A stretch of 63,304 nt of DNA, the filler included, from Octopus bimaculoides (taxonomy: Eukaryota), in assembly GCF_001194135.2 (NCBI RefSeq). It is 5 parts of 5 records of this genome, joined end to end, with 100 filler letters (N's around TTAATTAATTAA, not from the genome) between each part and the next. Parts side by side here need not be neighbours in the genome. Positions count along the whole stretch, not along the records: positions 24,375 to 44,423 come from NC_068989.1; 4 more parts are not named here. One strand, given 5' to 3'. Below the pieces are notes generated by a model. The model was not told the DNA's origin. It searched no databases and was given only the letters and a program-made list of their open reading frames with translations. Within the stretch, counting starts at the first letter, position 1, and each line of letters opens with the position of its first letter. Positions 24,813-37,584 of this stretch are shown here, piece by piece. The position numbers and the translations under genes were made by a program.

Positions 24813-27800
24813 CTACAGAATACAGTAACAGGGAACAGTGACTACAATGATTATACAAAAACAGAGTAAAATTGTCATCAATATTATCACCACCATCATC
24901 ATCATCTCCACCATCACCACCATTAGTCATTCATACATGAATATCTGATCACTGTTGGTTTTCACCAACTTAGAACACCTCCTCCATTTAGACCAGTGAC
25001 TCTCAACCATGGGGCATATGCCCCACCAGTGGAGCTTGGGAAAATTGTGGTGGGATGTGGGATCCATTTTTGTTTTTTTTTGTTTTTGTTTTTAAGTGGG
25101 ATATGGAATTATGAAAAGCTTTTTTTCCCCAGCAAATATACTACGGCTATACTCAGCCTAGCCAAACCAATCCCTCTAGCCAAGCATACTGTGGAAGACT
25201 TTGCTAAAATATAGTGCTATTCTAATGCCCTAGTGTGGATATTTCTTTAAGGAAAGTATATGATTATGAAATATTAAAAATAAAGTTGTTTGTTTTCCAA
25301 CCATCTGTGGTGCACACATTTTTCTGGAAAGTTATCGTGGGGCCTTGGGGAAAATATGTTGGGAAACACTGCTTTACATGGTGTATGTTCATAGCACACA
25401 TGATTCACTGGTATAAGGAGACTATGAAACACTGCAATATTTCAATCTTACAGTGTGTCTTCTCAGTCAAAGCTACCCTGCCAGAACAATGAGAATCAAA
25501 CAAGAATACATGTTCTTCTTTATAGAAATCAGCAACCAAAATTATTTGCTGATGCATACTGATTCCTGCTAAACAGATAATTATTTATGAAGTGCACACA
25601 GAATAGCAAGAATCTAAACAATAACATATCCTATTGTTATATTTCAGGATGGTCATTGTTTTTTTTTTTTTTGTGACACTAAAATAAGAACAATAACAAA
25701 GATGAAGTGAAGAATAAATATATGGTGCGTGTGTTTATTTGGCAGAAAAAAAAAAAAATGACCATCCCCAAATATAACAATATTTGTTCCAACACACAAT
25801 TTCATATCAGGAATCTTGCAAAACAAATACATAAACATAATAACATATCCATTCATTCTCAGTGGTGGATTCAAACAGAAATACTAATTGCTACCAAGGA
25901 CACAGTGTTTTGTTTTGCAACTATAGCATACTACTTTTGTGTTAGCAGTGTGATGTCCTTATTCTTAAGTTTATCTCTACAGATTTTTTATATAATTTGG
26001 AATCAGTTGTAAAAGTTACAATGTTTTGTATATGGATATGTTTCTTATTTCTTTATTGCCCACAAGGGGCTAAACATAGAGGGGACAAACAAAGACAGAC
26101 AAAGGGATTAAGTCAATTACATCAACCCCAGTGCGTAACTGGTACTAAATTTATCGACTCCGAAAGGATGAAAGGCAAAGTCGACCTCGGCGGAATTTGA
26201 ACTCAGAACGTAGCGGCAGACGAAATACCGCTAAGCATTTCACCCGGCGTGCTATCGTTTCTGCCAGATCACCACCTTATATGTTTTGTATATGGATATG
26301 TTTCTGTAAACAATGTGATTGAAGTTAGAAGAAACATTTATTCTACTTATTTTTCCTATCTTCAATTGCATTGTTTATATAAACGTATATGCCTATGAAA
26401 CGTCGTAACATTCAATGCTGACTCTGAATTCTATAGAAAATCTATAGAGATAAACTTGTAGAGATAAAATCAAACATGAATATCTGATCACTCTTGTTTT
26501 ATGTCATGGGAGAACATTTCCTCTCATCAGACAAAGTTATAGGGGATGGTTTTAAACTAAATATGAAGACTTTAAAACGTGAGGTTTCATATTGAAGTAT
26601 CAGAAATAGCTTTAAGTGGGTTGGCATCAAAAGGATGAAAAAGAAAAAAAGAGAAAACATTGGATACTGTAGTTCTAGATATACTAATGTTTGGAAACAA
26701 AAAAAATGTAAGATAATAATGAATGAAATGTCTTTGACTATAGAACTGTTCAAACAGTGCTGATCTGGTCCACAGCATCTATAACATACAACAACATTCC
26801 ATTAGGTACCCACTACCACCACCACAAATATATTTTTGATATTTCAATGGAACCTTTACGTGGTCATTCGACCTGCTAGAAATAGCAACCAACTCTCTCT
26901 CAAAGTGCACATTAATGTCTTACATAAGAAAAAACGGAACAAATGACATAATGGAGATATATATTCAAGATATCTAGATGCAGACATGGCTTATAAGTTC
27001 AAGCATAGCTGGGTAGTTAAGAAGTCCACTTTGTAACAATGTAGTTTCAGGTTCAGTCCTACTACACAGAACACAGGGAAAATGTCTTCAATTATAGACT
27101 TGGGTTAATCAAAGCCTTGTGAGTGTATATGGTAGACAGAAACTGCACAGAAGCCCATAAGCCATTTTTGATGATTGCTGGATTGGATCTCATTTTGTTG
27201 CATGAAACCATTTGGTAATTTGGTTATCATGAAGCTATGATAAAGAGACCAATACAATAAATACTAGGCTAAAAGTATAGGGGTCTGTTTGAGTAAACCT
27301 TTCAGGGTGGTGCCCCAGTATGACCACAGTAAAATGACTGAAACAAGTAAAAGAAAAATATTTAATGTTTTATCATTAAAATAATTCCTAGATTAATCTG
27401 TGTTACAATCAATTTAGAATAGTAAGATTACATAAGATATAACCATTCCCATCCTGAAAAGATGGAGTGGTCATGGCTAAAATGCCTTTGATTATAATTA
27501 TAGGGTGAAGGTGCATGGCTTAGTGGTTAGGGTGTTCAGCTTACAATCATAGAGTCATGAGTTCAATTACCGATGACGCATTGTGTCCTTCAGCAAGACA
27601 CTTTACTTCACCTTGCTCCAGTCCACTCAGCTGGCAAAAATGAGCAGTACCTGTATTTCAAAGGGCCAACCTTATCACACTTGTGCCATGCTCAATCTGC
27701 CTGAGAATTACTTGAAGGGTACACGTGTTAGTGGAGTGCTCAGCCACTTGAACATTAATTTCACAAGCAGGCTGTTCCTTTGATCAGATCAACTGGAACA

Positions 27801-30506
27801 CTCACCATCATAACCAACAGAGTGCCATATATATATAATTATAGGTCTGCTGAACTAGAGGCCAGAGCTAACCAATGCAACTCCACCCCACCCCAGTAAT
27901 AAGTAACTGAACTTACAAGTCTTTTTTCAGCTTCATTGCTATTTCAAATCTTTCCAAAAGTTTGATGTAACACCAACTTGTCTCTTTAAAGATTCTTTTG
28001 AAAACTCGATCTGCTTTCTTCAGGTGCAAAACACAACTGTTGTTGATAAAGCCATGAATTTCCTGCAAGAAAATACAAATGTTGGAGCTATAACAAAGAA
28101 TATCTCTGCCATCATGGACACAATTATAAAATCAAAAAATCAGTACAGTACCCACAACTTTTGGAAACATTTTCATGCTCAGAATCATTGGAGCATGGAA
28201 TAAACAAGCCATGTCAGTTGGTAGCTGTCAGGACATTACATCCTCAAAAATTTCTACATCATCATCACCATCATTGTTTAACATCCATTTTCCATGCTGG
28301 CATGGGTTGGCTGGTTTGACAGGAGCTGGCCAGCAGGAGAGCTGTTCAGGCCCCAATTGTCTGCTTTGGCATGGTTTCTAAGGTTGGATGCCCTTCCTAA
28401 TGCCAACCATTTTACAGAGTTTACTGGATGTGGTCTATATGCCACTGGCATGGGTGCATTTATGTTACACCAGCAAGAATGCTTTTTATGTGAAACCGGC
28501 ATGAGTACATTTTACATGGCACCAACCCTGCAAGACAAAGACCTCTCAGCTGGAGAGGGAGTGGAGGTATGGCCATAAAGGGTATGCCTGTATGTATGGA
28601 TGGCCACAGTTTTACTTAGTTTGGCATGTCTTCTCAAGTACAGCAAACTTCCACAAGTTCCAGTCCCTTGTCTTCTCCTCAGTGAGACCCAGCATCTGAA
28701 GATCTTCTCTCACCACTTCATTCCGCATCTTTCCTTCCACAAGTTTCCTCCACAACACATTTCCTAAAATTTCCCAACACTACCTCTGACATGCCTATTC
28801 ACCCTTTCCTCTTTATAGCTCTTTCAATGTTAACGTTTCTGTCTTTTTGTGGTTTATTCTTTGTTCTGTGTATGTAATTTTTAGTTATCATTGTTATCTT
28901 TCTTTATTTGACTAATCGCTGTTTTCTGTCCCCTCTTTTACCTTCCACTTTTTCAAATGAGTTGTAAGCACTGTATACAATTGACTCATTATCTTCATTT
29001 TATATAATGCAGTAAGCTCACAGAACTGATAGCATACTTGACAAAATGCTTAGTAACATTGTCTTTCTTTATGTTCTGAGTTCAAATTCCACCGTGGACA
29101 ACTTTGCTTTTTATCCTTTTGGGGGTCAATGAATGAAGGACCAGTCAAGTACTGGAGGGGACAAGTAATTCACTTGTCCCTTCCCACAAAAATTTCAGAC
29201 CTTGTGCCTAGAGTAGAGAGGATTATTATCCTTATTATATGTTCATGCATGTGAAGGTGTGTGGCTTAGTAGTTTGAGTATTCAGCTCAAGAGTTTAATT
29301 CCAGACGACATGTTGTGTCCTTGAGCAAGACACTTCATTTCATATTGCTCCAGTCCACTTAGCTGGCAAAAATGAATAGTATCTGTATTTTAAAGGACCA
29401 GCCCTGTCATATTCTGTGTCATGTTGAATCTCCTTGGGAACTTTGTTAAGGGTACATGTGTCTGTGTAGTGCTCAGCCACATGCGTGTTAATTTCACAAG
29501 CAGGCTGTTCCGACGATTGGATCAATTGGAACCCTCATTGTCTTCGTAAGTGACAGAGTGCCACATGTTCATGCAACAAAATATAGCTATTTTTAGTATG
29601 TATACCTTTGCATTTCCTGCAACTAGATAAAGCAATTTCCCTGCAACTAGATACAGCTATTGTTAATATGATACTGAATTTCTTGTGACAAAAGCTAACT
29701 CTTGTTAAAGTTCAAAAAAAAAAAAAAAANNNNNNNNNNNNNNNNNNNNNNNNNNNNNNNNNNNNNNNNNNNNNNNNNNNNNNNNNNNNNNNNNNNNNNN
29801 NNNNNNNNNNNNNNNNNNNNNNNNNNNNNNNNNNNNNNNNNNNNNNNNNNNNNNNNNNNNNNNNNNNNNNNNNNNNNNNNNNNNNNNNNNNNNNNNNNNN
29901 NNNNNNNNNNNNNNNNNNNNNNNNNNNNNNNNNNNNNNNNNNNNNNNNNNNNNNNNNNNNNNNNNNNNNNNNNNNNNNNNNNNNNNNNNNNNNNNNNNNN
30001 NNNNNNNNNNNNNNNNNNNNNNNNNNNNNNNNNNNNNNNNNNNNNNNNNNNNNNNNNNNNNNNNNNNNNNNNNNNNNNNNNNNNNNNNNNNNNNNNNNNN
30101 NNNNNNNNNNNNNNNNNNNNNNNNNNNNNNNNNNNNNNNNNNNNNNNNNNNNNNNNNNNNNNNNNNNNNNNNNNNNNNNNNNNNNNNNNNNNNNNNNNNN
30201 NNNNNNNNNNNNNNNNNNNNNNNNNNNNNNNNNNNNNNNNNNNNNNNNNNNNNNNNNNNNNNNNNNNNNNNNNNNNNNNNNNNNNNNNNNNNNNNNNNNN
30301 NNNNNNNNNNNNNNNNNNNNNNNNNNNNNNNNNNNNNNNNNNNNNNNNNNNNNNNNNNNNNNNNNNNNNNNCAAATCGACCCCAGGACTTATTCTTTGTA
30401 AGCCTGTACTTATTCTATCGGTCTCTTTTGCCGAACCACTAAGTTACGGGGATGTAAACATACCATCGGTTGTCAAGCGATGGTGGGGGGGACAAACACA
30501 AATACA

Positions 30507-30544
<38 letters not shown>

Positions 30545-32006
30545 TATGTACGACAGGCTTCTTTCAGTTTCTGTCTACCAAATCCACTCACAAGGCTTTG
30601 GTTGGCCCGAGGCTATAGTAGAAGACACTTGCCCAAAGTGCTACGCAGTGGGAATGAACCCGGAACCATGAGGTTGGTTAGCAAGCTACTTACCACACAG
30701 CCACTCCTGCACTTATGCAAAAAAAACAAAATTTAGGAAAATTCAAAATTGATATGAAATTAAAGATTTCTTTGTATTTAGATTATTTAATGCACATTCC
30801 TATTGTTTACTATTGTTTCCTATTGTTTACATCTAAACAATTGAAAATTGCACATATAAAATTATAGGGGCCCTACAACAACCTAATTGTTGATATAATA
30901 TATCAGGATTTCCTGATATAGAATATAGCTAAGTGTAAATGCACTTACTTTAAGAGCATCTGCAAGGTCATTTAATCTGCTATAAATAGCAACCAAATCT
31001 CCTTAAATGATATGCTATCACCTTAAAAAAAGAAGAATGATGCTTTGAATAGTGTAGCCTTAGATAAACTATACCTAAGCACAAATCCAGAATGGTCACA
31101 TCTGGAACACATTTGATCATGGTTCTACTCAATCAAGGCCAAGTTAGGACAAGGCAGTTATAACAACATCATTTGCTCCAGAAATATGAAAATATCCAAA
31201 CTTACAAGCCATAAATACCATTCTATCTCTGCTAGTGTGAAACAATGAAGGAACCTCAGTCAAGTGACTCAAGCTGCTAGAAATAACAGCAAAATTTCTC
31301 TCATTCTATATTCATCCTATATTCCATTGTCTTGAAAAGATGCAGACACATTGTACAATGCAGTCCTAGATATACAATTTCCAACAAGAGGGCAGAATGG
31401 CCCTGGCTGAAATATATGTGACCTTAAGTCTGCTCAGATAGGGGCTAAACACAATAACTTGTATAGAGAGAAACTGGTGTGAAGCAATAAAACAAAAAGA
31501 AAAAAAAAAACTAAATCATGAATGATTAATAAAAACTTCCTTACCTCATCTGTGAAGATCTTTCCAAGAGTATCACAAAGCCAAGAAGGGTTGAAGAAAT
31601 ACATAGCTGAGTCATTACTTATGTGATATACAATGACTCCAATTTCACTGAGAAAAAGGGACGCTAAAGATATAGGATAAAAAAAAAAAAAGAGTGAAAT
31701 AAATATTTTTTAATTACATAACATAATCAGCTATCTTTTATCTCTTTCAGTCATTAGACTGTGGCCATGCTGGGGTACTGCCTTGAAGAATTTCTAGTCG
31801 ATTGTATCAACTCTAGCACTTATTTTTTTAAAGCCTGGTACTTATTCTATTGGTCTCTTTTGCTGAACATCTAAGTTACAGGAATGTAAACATACCAACA
31901 CTAGTTGCCAAGCAGTGTTGGTGAGGGACAAATACAGACACAAANNNNNNNNNNNNNNNNNNNNNNNNNNNNNNNNNNTGTGTGTGTGTGTGTGTGTGTT
32001 TGTATG

Positions 32007-32042
<36 letters not shown>

Positions 32043-35000
32043 TTTCTTTCAATTTCCATCTACCAAATCCACTTACAAGGCTTTGGTCATCATGAGGCTA
32101 CAGATGCACTTGCACAAGGTATCACGCAATGGGACTGAACCCCGAACCATGTCGTTGGGAAGCAAGCTTCTTACCACACAGCTATGCCTGCACCAATATC
32201 TACGTATAATATTTAACACATAGACACCCTTGAGAGGTGTGATACTGTTGTTTATGTCTGAGAGAAAAATCTCCTCATAGATATGCTGCGCTAAAAATAC
32301 AATATATATTGGAGCAAAAAAAAGGATGGCAAACTGGCAGATCATTAGCAAGCCAGGCAAAATGCTTAACGCCATTTCGTCCATCATTGCATTTTGAGTT
32401 CAAATTCTGCTGAGGTCAACTTTGCCTTTCATTCTTTTGAGGTTCATAAAATAGGTACCAGTTGAGTACTGGAGTCAATGTAATTGACTTTGTACCCTCC
32501 CCCAAAATTGCTGGCATTGTGCCAAAATTTGACATCTATATAAAATAGAGCAAAATGAAAAATCGTCTCAGTAGTGGTTCACAAGAACACCAGTTGCATT
32601 TAGGCCTTTTAGTTCCTTGTCAATGATGTGTACTTGCTAGTTACATGCCTACAGCTCCCCTCCAATATCTATGAAAGAGTGAATAATACATTCACTTGAT
32701 ATTGCAAATAACCACCAGGTTGAATAATATTGTTTTGATTGTGTAGAGTGAGATAACACTTATAGAATATTTGGGATGGATATAGCCAGTTTAAATGCTA
32801 AAAGGTTGAATTAAAACAAAACAAAAAAAAAATGGAAATTTAAAATTTCAATTTAATTTGATTTAATAATGTAAAAATAATCATTCCAAATTAACCTTTA
32901 TGTAATTCCTCAGGGGTTTTGATATCATTTCCTTCAATACCTTCAATAATCTCCATCATCCTGTGTTCAAAGATATACAGTGCTGGCATGTAAATATGAA
33001 GATTTTGATGAATTCCTTGTATTTTCTTGGCTAATGATATGTAACTCTGGGGAACCTGAAAAAAAAAAAGAAAGAAAAAATACATATATAAATAAATACA
33101 TAAGGTGCAAGCATGGTTGTGTGGTTAAGAAACTTACTTCCAAAGCCATGTGGTCTTGGGTTCAGTCCCACTGTGGGGTATCTTGGGCAAGTTTTCTACT
33201 AAAGCTCTCTACGGATCAAAGCCTTATGAGTAGATTTGTGTGTGTGTGTGTGTGTGTGTGTGCATCACTACTGTTTGGCAGCCATTGTTGGTTTGTTAGA
33301 ATAAGTAGATAAAATAAGTAACAAACTGAAAAACAAAAAATAGTACTGGGTGGGATTTGTTCAATTATTCCCTTCAAAAAGGTGCTACAGTCCAATGAAT
33401 GAAACAAGTAAAAAATAAAATACAAGTAAAACAATATCATCATCATCGTCATAATCAACATTTAATGTCCGTTTTCCATGCTGACATGGGCTGGACATTT
33501 TGACAGGAACGGCAAGGCTAGGGGCCATAAAGCTTCCATTATCTGTTTTGGCATGGTTCCTACAGCTGGATGCCATTCCTAATGCCACCTATTTTACAGA
33601 GTGTACTGGGTGCTTTGTATGTGACACTATCACCTGTTCTTTTTATGTGACACCAGTACCGGTGCATTTTATGTGGTATCAGCACCCGTACCAATGTTTT
33701 CTATGTGGCACCTTGGTTTTAGGATCTCATTTCTGTTGTGGTAGGTGGGTCTTCTTGAGTACAACAATGTACCACATATCTTGGTCGTCTATCATCTCCT
33801 TCATAAGGCTCAGCATTTTGAGATCAGTCTTCAATACTTCATCCCATGTCTTCCTAGGATCCCTCTTCCACAACTACCCTTCACTTCCCAGCACTTCTTT
33901 ATGCAACTGTCCTCATCCATCCGCATCACATGACCAAACCAGTACAGTCTCCTCTCTTGCACACTGCATATAATTCCTCTTATGCCCAATTACTCTCTTA
34001 ATATACCAGTGCTCTGTTACACATGCACATTGACATTGCACATGCAGTGGAGCATACTAGCTTCATTCCTCTCCAGCTTTTACATGTCCTCTACATTTAG
34101 GACCCAAGTCTCACTATCATGCAGCATTACAGTTCATACACAATATCTACAAATATATAAGAGAGTAATGGTTGTTGTTGTTATTTAACCTGAGGTCAGG
34201 TTTGATAGAGAAGAATTGTATTCAAAGATATTCCAGTCACAAACAGCCAATCTTTTTATTTGTTATATGCATATGTATATATATATATATATATATATAT
34301 NNNNNNNNNNNNNNNNNNNNNNNNNNNNNNNNNNNNNNNNNNATAATACAGAATGGGACAAGAACGCAAAAACATCTAGACAGTTAGGTGATACAAGAAA
34401 GGGACAAAACACAGATGGATGATACAAAGAAAACACAGACATGTCATTCAGAGTTTTCTCTCTTCAGTCGAGTTCCAGATTATCTTTGCGATTTCAGCTG
34501 GTTATTCTCAATATTGCTCCAATCTGGCCAGCCCCAAGGAAAAACTAAGCTAAGGGCATTAGATTCCTTGGAAGAAAGCAGAGAATGTATACAAAAACAA
34601 GGACAAAAAAAACGAACAATGTTACACAAATACAGTAAGAATAATAACAGGAAATAACAACAGATGTCTTTCGACTAAGGACAAATAAAAATAAGCTGGC
34701 GTATATGGAAATAAGGCCTTACAGCCAGGACACAAGATTTCACAGGCACAGGGAGAAATAACGATGTTGCACAAACAATGGCTGCCCAAAAAAAGAAAGG
34801 TCAGGCTTGGCCAAACACCGGTCACGTGGGAAGAGAGAGAGGTAGAGGCAGAGAGACAAAAGAATTAGGGAGGGGTGAGAAAAAATGACAGGGACACAGT
34901 GAAGTGAAAAGTGGAGGAGGAAGAGAAGGCAAAAAAATGTGAGCGAGGGGGAACGAAAGAACGAACAGTGGAATGAACGAATAAGGGTGAAGGGGCTGAT

Positions 35001-35073
35001 AGACAGAAATAGAGTCATACAAGATTTAGAAAAATATGTACTTACATATAAGAGACAAGTGTACATACACCGC

Positions 35074-35104
<31 letters not shown>

Positions 35105-37520
35105 CAGAATGGGACAAGTACGCAAAAACATCTAGACAATTAGGTGATACAAAAAAGGGACAAAACATACAGATGGATGATACAAAGAAAACACAGACAA
35201 TTGGAGCAATATTGGAAATAACCAGCCGAAATTACAAAGATAATCTGGATCTCAACAGAAGAGAGAAAACTCTGAATGACATGTCCGAGGCTATAGTAGA
35301 AGACACTTACCCAAGGTGCCATGCAGTGGGACTGAACCCAGAACCATGTGGTTGGTAAGCAAGCTACTTACCACACAGCCACTCCTGCGCCTATACATAT
35401 ATATTTCATTCCATAAATATTAATAATAATTATAAGCTTAAGAAAATAGTCTAATATTGGGGCATTTATATGCCTTGGTGAACATTTATAAGCTTTAAGC
35501 TTATAATTCTTATTATCATTCACAGAATTTTCACTCCTCATCATTTCTTCATTTAATGCAGAATATGTCATTATTTTTTTTATATATATACAATTTAATT
35601 TGGCTCCATGAAACTAGAAGTTTAGTTGGTTCCTGTTTCAAACCTAGAAATCTATATTTCACATAACCATCCCACCCCCAAATCAAATTGTTTTTTGACA
35701 GGCAATACATATTAAAAAGAGGATGGGAAAAGTGTCGGCTGTGGTAAGCTCTCAATAGTTGTGATCTAAACAGGTTTTGTAAGTATCTATCTACCAACCA
35801 AACAATGTCATATCAAGTCTATGAACTTCCTTTCTGTTGTCAACCTGTTTATATCACAAATATTAAGAACCCTGTACAATCAAGATCTCTTCTGACCTCC
35901 TGGCGTATAAAGTTTATTTGTTCCTGTCTATATGTTTAAGTATAAACATGTCACAACCTGACCTCACAACTGTTGTCTGTCTATTTGTACTTTTGTTCTG
36001 GCTTTCATACATACATACATACACACATGCATACATGTATACATACATAATACTGTGAAAATTTCAAAAACTTTTCAGAAGCATCTCATTTAAGTATATA
36101 TGCAAAAGTCTAGACATGCAACTATATGCATGAAAATACATACACAAAATATACAAATCTGCACATGCATTGACTTCAAATTACTGCACATATACACACT
36201 TACAAGTGAATTCCATCAGAAATCATAACAGAAATGTTATGACTTATACAGAAGGTGGGACATATAGCTTCCCATCTGGTGTATGCAGCAGAATACATGA
36301 AACACAACTTGATTTATGTTGGTTATACAACAAAACTATTAAACAAAAGATTCAATGGGCACAGATATGACATCTGGCACAATAACAGTAGTCCAACAGA
36401 ACTTGCTGAACATTTTGCATCAAATGACTGAAATTCTGAAAAAGACTTGTAAGTGCACATTCTCAGAAAATATCCTGAATCTGCTACACTTTCAGTACTC
36501 AAAATGCATGAGGACAAATATGTTTTCAGGTTATTAACATTACGCTCTGGAGGAATGAAAAAAATGACAGATTTCATCAGATTTACACAAAACTGTTTTA
36601 TCAAATAGTCTTCTTTTTTCTTCTCTTTTTTCTTTCTTTTTCTTTGTGCCAGTTGTATAATTGAAATTTGAAGATTGATGATGTCATTCCATCAACGAGG
36701 GGATGCTAGTTGCTCTCGTTCATATTGTGGATTTGAATTTCTAGAATTTTGAATTTTTATCATTTTCATTTTGAACTTGACAAAGACAGGCTTGCTGTCA
36801 AAATATCATTCAACCAATAGAATATCTATTGTAATTGCATCATTCTCCTTGCATATTCTGTTTACTTTTGTGAAGAGTTATGTCAATCCTTTCAAAATAT
36901 TGAGTGAGAGAGCATGTATACCAACAGCAATGCTACATGGCAATGAGATGTAGGCCCTGAATGCAGAAGACATACAAAGGCTAGAGGGGAATGAAGCTAG
37001 AATGCTCCACTGAATGTGCAATGTCAGTTTACATGTGTGACAGAGTGCTTAGTGTTTTGAGGGTAAAGTTGGGTATCAGAGGAATTAGACACAGTGTGCA
37101 AGAGATAAGACTGTGCTGGTCTGGTCAGGTGGTGCATATGGATGTAGACAGTTGCATACAAAAGTGCCAATCACTTAAAGTGGATGGAACTTGTGGACAA
37201 GGGAGACCCAGGAAGATGTGGGATGAAGTACTGAAGACTGATTTCAAGACACTGAGTCTTAGAAAGGGGGTGACTAAGAACTTAAATATCAGGCGCACTG
37301 CTGTATGCAAGAAGATCAGCGCACCACAACAGAATTGATACTGGTGCTGGTGCCATATAAAAAGCACTCATGCTGGTGCCATGTTAAAAGTACCCAGTAC
37401 ATTCTGCACCCAGCCATAGAAACCATGCCAAAACAGTCCATAGAGCCTGGTGCAGCCCCTGGCTTTACAATCCGGTCAAACCATCCAACCCGTGCCAGCA
37501 TGGAAAATGGACATTAAATG

Positions 37521-37584
<64 letters not shown>

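Noticed and set aside
26499-26753. Extra ROCO exon in the last intron
   Set aside because: No COR similarity, and exons 27917 and 24812 already join in phase 2 as KKDL-LLIPSLLP.
34440-34510. Minus-strand GAAA..CTGAAGA suggesting a hammerhead
   Set aside because: There is no stem I pairing, and the downstream box reads GAAT rather than GAAA.
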